Assembly: GCA_017521005.1 (NCBI GenBank)
Contig: JAFXEC010000015.1
Location: forward strand, 1,241-65,240
Reading direction: 5' to 3'
From: Clostridia bacterium
GTDB lineage: Bacteria; Bacillota; Clostridia; TANB77; CAG-465
DNA length: 64,000 nucleotides
Below, one piece after another: positions 10,134-18,388 of this stretch (its first letter is position 1; each line of letters opens with the position of its first letter). The notes beneath the pieces are model-generated. The model made no database searches and was not told the DNA's origin. It saw only the letters and a program-made list of their open reading frames with translations. A program made the position numbers and the translations under genes.

Positions 10134-10472
10134 ATGGTACATCAAATGAGATTACAAGATTCACCTTTTAACAGTATTAAAGCTGGAACAAAGGATATAG
10201 AAATGAGACTATATGATGAAAAAAGAAGAGCAATAAAGCCAGGAGATATAATTGAATTTACTAATATAGTAACTGACGAAAAGATATCCGCAGAAGTATA
10301 TGCATTACATATTTTTGCAACATTTAAAGATATGTATTTAGCTTTTGATAAAACAAGACTAGGATATGCTGAAAGCGAAATTGCACATCCAACAGATATG
10401 GCTAAGTTTTATCCTGAAGAAGAAATTAAAGAATTTAATGTAGTTGGAATTGAGATAAGATTAATTAAATAA
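10134..10472 (+). CDS. ASCH domain protein
   Basis: A 112-aa protein. The segment PFNSIKAGTKDIEMRLYDEKRRAIKPGDII is an ASCH-like beta-barrel signature. Confidence 0.55.
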   Translation: MVHQMRLQDSPFNSIKAGTKDIEMRLYDEKRRAIKPGDIIEFTNIVTDEKISAEVYALHIFATFKDMYLAFDKTRLGYAESEIAHPTDMAKFYPEEEIKEFNVVGIEIRLIK

Positions 10473-10504
10473 CAATAAACAAATGTAAGATAAGAGGAAT
10501 ATAA

Positions 10505-12688
10505 ATGGTACTAATAGGAAAGGTTTCGCAAATTATATATAAAAATGAAAGCAATGGATATACTGTCTTTTTGATGAAATCAGAAGGGGAGTATGTTACT
10601 GCTGTAGGTGAAACTGGTGCCATTGAACCTGGTGACGAATATGAACTAGATGGAGAATTTACTTATCATAAATCTTATGGAGAACAATTTGCATTTAAGA
10701 CAATTACTAAAGTATTACCAAGTGATGCTACTGCTTTAATAGAATATATAGCTAAAAGTGGTATAAAAGGAATTGGTAAGAAGACGGCAGAAAAGGTAAT
10801 AAAAATATATGGTGATGATGCTTTAGAAGTTATTAGATACAAGCCAGATTTATTAATGGATATTAAAGGATTTAATGATGAAAAAGCGTATGCCTTAAGC
10901 GAATATATAAATGATGAATGGGAAAGGTTTAACTTAACATCATTCTTAAGTAAACACGGCATTGGAATTAATATGGCTATGAAAATATATGATGCTTTAG
11001 GGATTAATGCAGTAAACATTATAAAAGAAAATCCATATGCATTAATGGATTTTGTAGCTAATCTAGATTTCAAAACTACTGATGCGCTTGCAACAAGTTT
11101 AAATATAGATGCTACACATCCAGACAGGGTAAAAGCTGGGATTATATATATTCTTACTTGGTATATTCGCGAAGGACATACTAATATAGAAAAGGACTTG
11201 CTTTTAGACAATGCAGAAAGACTACTTGGTGTATCGTCTGTACATATAGAAGCAGCTTTAGAAAATCTAAAACACAAAGATAAAGTTGTAATAGAACCTA
11301 GAGATGAAAAAGAATATGTGTATAGAAAAAGCATGTATATAGCAGAGCTTAACATTGCTAGAAAAATAATCGAACTTACAAAGAAACCAACGCTTAATAT
11401 TAAATTAGATAAAGATATAGAAAAGGTGTCTGAAGCACAAAGTATTGTACTTTCAGATACACAAAAAGAAGCTGTAAAGACAGCAATAAAGAATAATATT
11501 TCTGTAATAACAGGAGGACCTGGTACAGGTAAGACTACAATAATTAAGTGTGTTATAGACATACTTAAAAAACGTGGACAAGACTATGTACTTGCAGCAC
11601 CAACTGGAAGGGCAGCTAAGCGTATAACAGAAACAACAAGGGAAGAAGCCAAAACATTACATAGACTTCTAGAAATAACAAAGATAGAAGATACAGATAT
11701 AGATACATTTGTTAATTTCCCTGTATCTGTAATAGATAAGGATGTATTAATTATAGATGAAGCGTCTATGATAGATACAATACTTATGAACAATGTAATG
11801 AAAGCTTTATCTGATCATACAAAACTAATAATAGTTGGAGATAGTGATCAATTACCATCTGTAGGTGCGGGTAATGTGCTTAAAGATATAATTAATTCAA
11901 ATGTAGTAAACACAGTTTGTTTAACAGAAATATATAGACAAAGTGCAAAGAGCGATATAATAATGGGTGCGCATAGTGTTAAAGCAGGTGAACACATTAG
12001 TTTTAAATCTAAAGCCACAGATTTATATTATATCGAAACAAACAGCGTAGAAGAAACTAAAAAGGAATTAGAGAGCCTTTTAACTCACAGAATAAAGAAT
12101 TTCTTTGGTGAGGATTTGGCCTTAAATACGCAGGTTATAACGCCAATAAAGAAGACTGAAATAGGTACACATGAACTTAATAAATTAATTCAAGGAATAA
12201 CACTAAATCCTAATGATGAAATGCGTCATAGAAAAGTTGGAGATAGAGTATTCTATGAAAATGATAAAGTAATGCAAGTAAAAAACAATTATGATATTAA
12301 TTGGGACTTAGAAGGTGTACAAGGTACAGGTATATACAATGGAGACATTGGATATATAGAAACAATAAATGCAAAAGATGAATATTTAATAGTAGACTTT
12401 GACGGAAAGAAAACAAGATATGACTTTGATGAACTTGACCAGTTAGAACATGCTTACGCGGTAACAGTACATAAGAGTCAAGGAAGCGAATTTGATGCTG
12501 TTATAATTCCGTTATATGTATGTTTTGAAAAACTATTTAACCGTAATTTGATATATACAGCTATGACTAGAGCGAAAAGACTTTTAATATTTATTGGAAG
12601 GCGCTCTGTTATAGATTATATGATAGATAATACTAATGAAAAGGCTAGAACAACTGGCTTAAAATACAAAATCGAGATTTTAATGTAG
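10505..12688 (+). CDS. recD2: ATP-dependent RecD2-type (SF1B) DNA helicase
   Basis: A 727-aa protein with the typical RecD2 N-terminus (IYKNESNGYTVF). It also has helix-hairpin-helix repeats, Walker A (GGPGTGKTT), Walker B (LIIDEASM) and C-terminal VHKSQGSEF. Confidence 0.9.
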   Translation: MVLIGKVSQIIYKNESNGYTVFLMKSEGEYVTAVGETGAIEPGDEYELDGEFTYHKSYGEQFAFKTITKVLPSDATALIEYIAKSGIKGIGKKTAEKVIKIYGDDALEVIRYKPDLLMDIKGFNDEKAYALSEYINDEWERFNLTSFLSKHGIGINMAMKIYDALGINAVNIIKENPYALMDFVANLDFKTTDALATSLNIDATHPDRVKAGIIYILTWYIREGHTNIEKDLLLDNAERLLGVSSVHIEAALENLKHKDKVVIEPRDEKEYVYRKSMYIAELNIARKIIELTKKPTLNIKLDKDIEKVSEAQSIVLSDTQKEAVKTAIKNNISVITGGPGTGKTTIIKCVIDILKKRGQDYVLAAPTGRAAKRITETTREEAKTLHRLLEITKIEDTDIDTFVNFPVSVIDKDVLIIDEASMIDTILMNNVMKALSDHTKLIIVGDSDQLPSVGAGNVLKDIINSNVVNTVCLTEIYRQSAKSDIIMGAHSVKAGEHISFKSKATDLYYIETNSVEETKKELESLLTHRIKNFFGEDLALNTQVITPIKKTEIGTHELNKLIQGITLNPNDEMRHRKVGDRVFYENDKVMQVKNNYDINWDLEGVQGTGIYNGDIGYIETINAKDEYLIVDFDGKKTRYDFDELDQLEHAYAVTVHKSQGSEFDAVIIPLYVCFEKLFNRNLIYTAMTRAKRLLIFIGRRSVIDYMIDNTNEKARTTGLKYKIEILM

Positions 12689-12701
12689 TAGGGGGGTATT
12701 T

Positions 12702-14654
12702 ATGAAAGAGTTAGTAGAAAGTATTGAAAATTATATAAGAAAGCCATATACAGATTACGCTGTTATGATAAATGGTGAATGGGGTAGTGGTAAAACACAC
12801 TTTTGGAATAATAAGTTAAGACAAAGAATAGAAAATATAGCAAATGCTGAAGGAAAGAGATATAAAACTATATATATTTCATTATATGGTATTAATAGTA
12901 TTGAGGAAATAAGTAAAAAGATATTCTTAGAAACAAACCCAATGATATCTAAATCACTTAAAAAGTTTGTAGATGATTCAGACGGAAATGTAATACCAGA
13001 ATATGTTAAAACAGGTATAGACATAGCTAACCTTTATGGTGCTATGCACACAAATACTCAAATGGACTTTTCTAAGGCGTTTTCAACAGACGATAAGGTT
13101 TTATGTTTTGACGATCTTGAAAGAGCAAATATAGACATTATAGATATATTAGGATATATAAATAACTTTGTTGAACATGATGGAATTAAAACAATCCTTA
13201 TTTGTAATGAAAAAGAACTTGCCACTAAGTTTAAGAATAATAATATAGAAATGAAAACATTAATAGCAACTATGCTTCTAAAGGAAGAAGGAGCTATTAA
13301 CGATGAAGATAAATTAGAACCATTTGTAAACAAACTAGATTCTAAGATAAAAAGCATTTTTGATAGAACAAATGCCTATGAAAGAATTAAAGAAAAATTA
13401 ATAGGTGAATGTTTTGAATATATGCCAGAATATACATATATATTAAATGGTATGATAATGAAGTATGAATACGATTTATCTTTATCTAAATTCTTAAAAG
13501 AAGAAATTTCTACAATAATAGCTACATTTAATAAGACAAATACAAAGAACCTAAGAGTATTAAAACATGCATTAAATGATTTTGAAAGAATATTCTCGGC
13601 AGTAAAGGATGCATATCCAGAAACTCCAAGAGAAACTTTAAGAACATTATTAATGTTCACTATAGCAGTTTCTTTTGAAATAAAAGTTGGTAGTGAAGTA
13701 AAACAAATATTCTCGGATGTAGAGTCTAATGAAGAATATCAATCATACATTTATACATCAAGTTTGATGAATGATCAAAAAGGATATTATCTTCGTGAAT
13801 TCGATACAAGATATTTCTTAAATTCAAAAGAAGAATATAGATTCTTCAAGTTTGTAGAAGTATATGTAAGAAAAAGAATATTTGATGAAAAAGTATTTGG
13901 TGCTAATATGAAGGAAATGTTAAATCAAAAAGCAGATAAACGCTCTGATCCAAACTATATGAAGCTACTTACAGGTGCATATTGGAAACTATCCGATTTT
14001 GATTTTAGCATACTAAGAGAACAAGTATTATATGATATTAAAGAGGGGAACGTTCCATCTAAAGACTACGTTAAAGTATTTGCAGTATATAAATACCTAA
14101 ATGACATGCAAATAATAACAGTAGATATGAGTGATGTAAAATCTAAGTTTACTACAGGATATAAATTAGCGCTAACAAATGAAGCTAGATACAAAATAGA
14201 TTTAGATTCTGTAAATGTAGATGTAGATGCAGAAGATGCATTAGTACAAGAATTTGCTGAAGAATGTAGAAAAGCAAAGGATGTAATATATGATGAATGT
14301 ATTCGTGAAAAGGTAGGATATCTATTCAAGAATCTTGTAGATAACATAGACGAATTCTATAAGCAAATGATAGGACCATATTCAACAATACCTGTATTTG
14401 CAAAATATGAAATGTCTGTGCTTTATGATAGACTAAGAGATGTTAAGAATAATGACCTATACAATATAGTAAGTATTATGAGCACAAGATATGATGACAA
14501 AGAAGAGCTTCTAAAACAAGATAAAGCAAATCTTAAGAAATTAACTGAAATAATAGATGAGAAAGCAGATACATTTGGAAGCACTATTAAGAGAGCATTA
14601 ATTAAAAATTTAAGCGCGGAAATTAAAAAAGTATTAAAGAGATTAGAAGAATAA
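12702..14654 (+). CDS. KAP-family P-loop NTPase (soluble, no TM insert seen)
   Basis: Walker A INGEWGSGKTHFWN and Walker B-like VLCFDDLERA (the KAP DDLDR signature). It starts 13 nt after the recD2 stop, with a GGGGGG RBS and no intervening terminator. Confidence 0.65.
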   Translation: MKELVESIENYIRKPYTDYAVMINGEWGSGKTHFWNNKLRQRIENIANAEGKRYKTIYISLYGINSIEEISKKIFLETNPMISKSLKKFVDDSDGNVIPEYVKTGIDIANLYGAMHTNTQMDFSKAFSTDDKVLCFDDLERANIDIIDILGYINNFVEHDGIKTILICNEKELATKFKNNNIEMKTLIATMLLKEEGAINDEDKLEPFVNKLDSKIKSIFDRTNAYERIKEKLIGECFEYMPEYTYILNGMIMKYEYDLSLSKFLKEEISTIIATFNKTNTKNLRVLKHALNDFERIFSAVKDAYPETPRETLRTLLMFTIAVSFEIKVGSEVKQIFSDVESNEEYQSYIYTSSLMNDQKGYYLREFDTRYFLNSKEEYRFFKFVEVYVRKRIFDEKVFGANMKEMLNQKADKRSDPNYMKLLTGAYWKLSDFDFSILREQVLYDIKEGNVPSKDYVKVFAVYKYLNDMQIITVDMSDVKSKFTTGYKLALTNEARYKIDLDSVNVDVDAEDALVQEFAEECRKAKDVIYDECIREKVGYLFKNLVDNIDEFYKQMIGPYSTIPVFAKYEMSVLYDRLRDVKNNDLYNIVSIMSTRYDDKEELLKQDKANLKKLTEIIDEKADTFGSTIKRALIKNLSAEIKKVLKRLEE

Positions 14655-14710
14655 TAAGTTCAAAATAAGGAGGTGGGTAGAAATATTCACTTCTTTTGTT
14701 ATATATATAC

Positions 14711-14739
14711 TTGAATAAAAATAAGAAATGTAATAATAT
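14711..14739 (+). promoter_or_regulatory. Promoter of pilin-like paralog 1 (shared family architecture)
   Basis: TTGAAT, a 17-nt spacer, TAATAT, followed by ATTTGTGTAG. This is the same layout as at 16248 and 20906. Confidence 0.55.
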
Positions 14740-14766
14740 ATTTGTGTAGGGAAAAGAGGTAAACAA

Positions 14767-16194
14767 ATGAGAAATAAAAAAGGAATAAGTTTGATTGTTT
14801 TAGTAATAACAATTATAGTTATGGTAATACTAGCAGCAAGCGTAGTAATTACACTATCTAATACGGGAATAATAGATAGAGCTAATCATGCAGTGCAATT
14901 AACAGACGAAAAACAAGTGCAAGATTTAGCAGCTATGTTATGGGCTGAAACCTATCTAGATCCATCAAAAAAAGATGATATAGAGAATGTTGTAAAACAA
15001 GAATTGGCAGAACAAGGCATAACTGAAGATAAGTGGAATATAGAAATTTCAAACACTGGAATTACTATAACTGCCAAAGGAAATGAAACGGATGACAATC
15101 AAGGAAATGATTCGGAAGGTGATTCTGAAAGCAGTTCCGGAAGTGATTCAGGAAATAATATTGTAGTAAATGTTACTAGTTCTACATTAAGTGAGGATTA
15201 TTTCGAGTTAGAAAGTTATGATCCTGAAACAATAACTTTCACAATTACCACTCAGTTAGAAAAATCTGTAGAAAATGAAAAGGTTAAATTAAAATATAGT
15301 TTCTATGATTTGTCGTCATCAGGAGAATATACACATTTGTCAGATGAAGATGTTGAAATAGAAACTACGGATAAGACCATAGCTACTGAAAAAAGTTTAA
15401 TTGTACAAGAGGAACAAAATATAAGAGTATGTTTACAAGTATTAGATATGTCTAATAGAGAATTGGCAACATATAATATAGATACATATAAATTATCAAA
15501 TGGTGCGACATATAGCTTAAGCACATATGCAATTTGTGTACCTGCAGGAACACTAATTCTTGTAGAAGTAGAAGAAGAGGATGAAAACGGTAATAAGAAA
15601 AAGAGAAGAAAACAAAAGAAAATCGAAGATTTAACATATGATGATAATATAGTGGTATGGGATTTTGATAATGGATGTTTCTCAACAGCTAAGCCAATTT
15701 GGTTGAAGAAAACAGAATTTGCTGATGAATATAATGAATTAACATTTAGCAATGGTTCAGTTCTTAGAACTATAAGAGAGCACAGAATATTTAATAAAGA
15801 ATTAGGTAAGTTTACATATCCAATGGGAGAAGAAACAAATATTGGAACAACAACATTTACAGCAGATGGAGAAGAAGTTAAGCTTGTAAATAGAAGAGTA
15901 GTAGATGAAAAAATAGACTATTACAATGTTATAACAAATTATCATATAAATGCTTTCGCAGATGGTATATTAACATCATGTAGATTAAGTAATTTATATG
16001 ATATTAAAGATATGAAATATGTAAAAGATGATAGAGAGATAGTTGGAATAGATAAATTTAAAGATATTCCAGAGGAATATTATTATGGTTTAAGATTAGG
16101 CGAACAAAGAAGAGATGTTAATAACAAAGGAGACTTTAGTGATCTTAAATCTTGGACAGAATATGTAAATAGACTTATCAGTAAAAAGAAATAG
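14767..16194 (+). CDS. Pilin-like N-terminus protein with acidic Ser/Asp linker and C-terminal Hint (bacterial intein-like) domain
   Basis: The N-terminus is MRNKKG|ISLIVLVITIIVMVILAASVVITLSNTGIIDRA. The Hint blocks are CVPAGTLILV (Cys257 at 15535-15537), TIREHRIF and NVITNYHINAFADGILTSC (to 15981). A hairpin terminator lies at about 16209-16238. Confidence 0.7.
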   Translation: MRNKKGISLIVLVITIIVMVILAASVVITLSNTGIIDRANHAVQLTDEKQVQDLAAMLWAETYLDPSKKDDIENVVKQELAEQGITEDKWNIEISNTGITITAKGNETDDNQGNDSEGDSESSSGSDSGNNIVVNVTSSTLSEDYFELESYDPETITFTITTQLEKSVENEKVKLKYSFYDLSSSGEYTHLSDEDVEIETTDKTIATEKSLIVQEEQNIRVCLQVLDMSNRELATYNIDTYKLSNGATYSLSTYAICVPAGTLILVEVEEEDENGNKKKRRKQKKIEDLTYDDNIVVWDFDNGCFSTAKPIWLKKTEFADEYNELTFSNGSVLRTIREHRIFNKELGKFTYPMGEETNIGTTTFTADGEEVKLVNRRVVDEKIDYYNVITNYHINAFADGILTSCRLSNLYDIKDMKYVKDDREIVGIDKFKDIPEEYYYGLRLGEQRRDVNNKGDFSDLKSWTEYVNRLISKKK

Positions 16195-16247
16195 TATGAT
16201 ATAGAAGGGGTACATGTGTAAAATATGTACTTCTTTTTATATAACTA

Positions 16248-16276
16248 TTGAACAATGTTCAAATATATAATAATAT
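16248..16276 (+). promoter_or_regulatory. Promoter of pilin-like paralog 2
   Basis: TTGAAC, a 17-nt spacer, TAATAT, then AGTTGTATAT. Confidence 0.5.
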
Positions 16277-16302
16277 AGTTGTATATACAAAGAGGTAAAC
16301 AT

Positions 16303-17283
16303 ATGAAAAACAAGCAAGGAATAAGTTTAATAGTTTTAAGTATAACAATACTTGTAATGGCAATACTTGCAGCAACAGCAATAATTGCACTAGAAGATAG
16401 TGGAATAATAAAAAGAAGTAAAGATACTGTAACTGGTAATAATTATGCGGATGAAATGACCAGATTAATTGTAATAAAAAACGGAATACTTACAGATAAT
16501 TTGGGCGAAATAACAGTCGAAGAATATATTACAGAATTAACTAACAAAGGCCTAATAGAAACAGGAAGAACAAACAACGCAGATGGAAGTATAACGGTAA
16601 CCACAAAAACTGGCTTTGAAGTAATAATATCTCAAAACGGAACGAGTGATTTAACTTTAGAAATAGAAGGATACACACCTCCAACTGTTGCAAATGGCGG
16701 TAATAATAGTGGAAATGCTGGAAGCAATGGAGACGGCAATGTTGCAAATGGTCTTCCGGGAGAGGGCGAAAAAGTGCTAGACGGATTTAAAATAGCTATG
16801 GATGAGTATTTTTGGGGTGAGACAGTTCAAATAGAAGATTCGGATAAGTATAATGCGGCAAATCCAATGCAACCTATATATGACAGCATGCAAACTTTCG
16901 AGTATGATGCAAATATGACATGGAGGCAATGGGTGAATTCATCATATAACACATATGGATATAAAATATTGGTTGCTGATGGAGCATCGGGAGGATATTC
17001 AGGAGAATCTATAGTAACAAGTGATTCGAGGAGTACGCTAGGATGTCAAGTACAAATTTCTAGTTTAGTTATATATTATAATGATGCTGCTTGTACACAA
17101 TTAGCTACGGACGAGGAATATATAGTATATCACGGAAAGATATGTACCGCGCAAATTGGACTATTTGATTTAGACACAAAAATTGAAGATACTCTTAATT
17201 CAATGGTTGTAACTGTAACACCATTTTATAATATATATGAAAAAAGATTGCCTTTTTTTGTATTCGGATATTATGAGGATTAA
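16303..17283 (+). CDS. Pilin-like N-terminus protein, paralog 2 (Gly/Asn-rich linker, unknown C-terminal domain)
   Basis: MKNKQG|ISLIVLSITILVMAILAATAIIALEDSGIIKRS. ATG 16303 follows the RBS AGAGGT; the ORF-track start at 16279 is unlikely to be the true start. Confidence 0.65.
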   Translation: MKNKQGISLIVLSITILVMAILAATAIIALEDSGIIKRSKDTVTGNNYADEMTRLIVIKNGILTDNLGEITVEEYITELTNKGLIETGRTNNADGSITVTTKTGFEVIISQNGTSDLTLEIEGYTPPTVANGGNNSGNAGSNGDGNVANGLPGEGEKVLDGFKIAMDEYFWGETVQIEDSDKYNAANPMQPIYDSMQTFEYDANMTWRQWVNSSYNTYGYKILVADGASGGYSGESIVTSDSRSTLGCQVQISSLVIYYNDAACTQLATDEEYIVYHGKICTAQIGLFDLDTKIEDTLNSMVVTVTPFYNIYEKRLPFFVFGYYED

Positions 17284-17328
17284 TATATGTAAAATAAACA
17301 CTAGTTTTGTCAAATGGTGACATAATAT

Positions 17329-17357
17329 TTGCATTTTGTAATACATTGTGGTATAAT
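17329..17357 (+). promoter_or_regulatory. Extended -10 promoter of the 96-aa GC-rich ORF
   Basis: TTGCAT, a 17-nt spacer, TATAAT, with TGg immediately upstream of the -10. Confidence 0.5.
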
Positions 17358-17399
17358 ACATAAGTTGTTAAAATAAAATTTATAGAAAGGGGCCTAACT

Positions 17400-17690
17400 A
17401 TGACCACATGTGTTGCTAACCAGTTGGAAGCAAAAAGAGAAACAGTAGTGTTCCGCAATATGGTGGATGCACGCTTAGTAAAGTATGACGAAATTCATGA
17501 ATTGCAAGATGGTTACTTCAAAGTCTTAAAAAAAGGATCGTGGGGCGTAATCACGGAGAGTGGCGAAGAAGTATTTCCTTGTTCTGCATCTACAATTTAT
17601 TATGTAGAAAACGGCAGAGTTATTTGCGGCATGGATGATGACGTCTACTCAATTGAGCTTAAGAAAGCTAAAAAGGATTTGGAAGGATAA
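17400..17690 (+). CDS. Small protein with a single WG-type repeat (KKGSWGVITESGEEVFP); GC-rich patch
   Basis: An ORF with RBS AAAGGGG and its own promoter. A 12-bp hairpin terminator (17671-17702) overlaps the stop codon. Codon usage is unlike that of its neighbours. Confidence 0.45.
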   Translation: MTTCVANQLEAKRETVVFRNMVDARLVKYDEIHELQDGYFKVLKKGSWGVITESGEEVFPCSASTIYYVENGRVICGMDDDVYSIELKKAKKDLEG

Positions 17691-17709
17691 CCAAATCCTT
17701 TTCCTTTTT
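17671..17709 (+). terminator. Intrinsic terminator of the 96-aa ORF
   Basis: Stem aaaaggatttgg / ccaaatcctttt with an 8-nt loop that contains the stop codon, followed by a T-rich tail. Confidence 0.6.
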
Positions 17710-17776
17710 ATGTATATTTTTGTATTTATGAAAAATAATATATGTAATGTTATTTTAATATATATAAGGAGGAAAA

Positions 17777-18313
17777 ATGAAATCTACAGGAATGATAAGA
17801 AAGATAGATGACTTGGGTAGAATAGTAATACCTAAAGAAATACGTAAAACATTAAAGATAAGAGAAGGTGACTCGTTAGAAATATATATAGAAGGGGATA
17901 GAATACTGCTTAATAGATATGCACCTTTAGGTGATTTTATAGAGGATATAGTTGCACTAAGCGAAAGCGTTTCTAATAATACCGATTCTAATATTTGTAT
18001 TACAGATACTAAACAAGTAGTAATTGCTACTGGATATTTAGAAAAAGAATATTTATATAAAGATATAAGTAAAGAGTTATTAGAAAAAATGGATGAAAGA
18101 ATTTTATGGCAGAACAAAGGTGGAAATAAGATTAAAATTATAGAAAACGAAAATTTATCTAAAGATGTTAATCAAGTTATTATGCCAATAATATATGAAG
18201 GAAGTGTACTAGGAGCAGTTATACTTTTAACAAATGATGTAAATAAAAAAATAACTGAAACAGAATTAAAGTTAGTAAAAGTTATAGCAGATTACTTGGC
18301 AAGTAGAATGTAG
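17777..18313 (+). CDS. spoVT: Stage V sporulation protein T (AbrB-type N-domain plus GAF-like C-domain)
   Basis: The sequence TGMIRKIDDLGRIVIPKEIRKTLKIREGDSLEIY is the SpoVT/AbrB swapped-hairpin signature. The length of 178 aa is typical. Confidence 0.9.
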   Translation: MKSTGMIRKIDDLGRIVIPKEIRKTLKIREGDSLEIYIEGDRILLNRYAPLGDFIEDIVALSESVSNNTDSNICITDTKQVVIATGYLEKEYLYKDISKELLEKMDERILWQNKGGNKIKIIENENLSKDVNQVIMPIIYEGSVLGAVILLTNDVNKKITETELKLVKVIADYLASRM

Positions 18314-18388
18314 TATTAACAAAGAAAAACATAAGTAAAAAGAAGTGAAAACGATATATAGTTTTCACTTCTTTTTTGTTAGTATATA

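Noticed and set aside
10505-14654. RecD2 plus KAP NTPase as a two-gene phage-defence system.
   Set aside because: RecD2 has the complete housekeeping architecture and sits in conserved core context. Only the KAP gene looks accessory, so the pair is not claimed as a system.
15535-15981. A true protein-splicing intein.
   Set aside because: The domain is not inserted in a conserved host enzyme, the terminal His-Asn is missing (Thr-Ser-Cys instead) and there is no homing endonuclease. A cleaving BIL/Hint domain is the more conservative reading.
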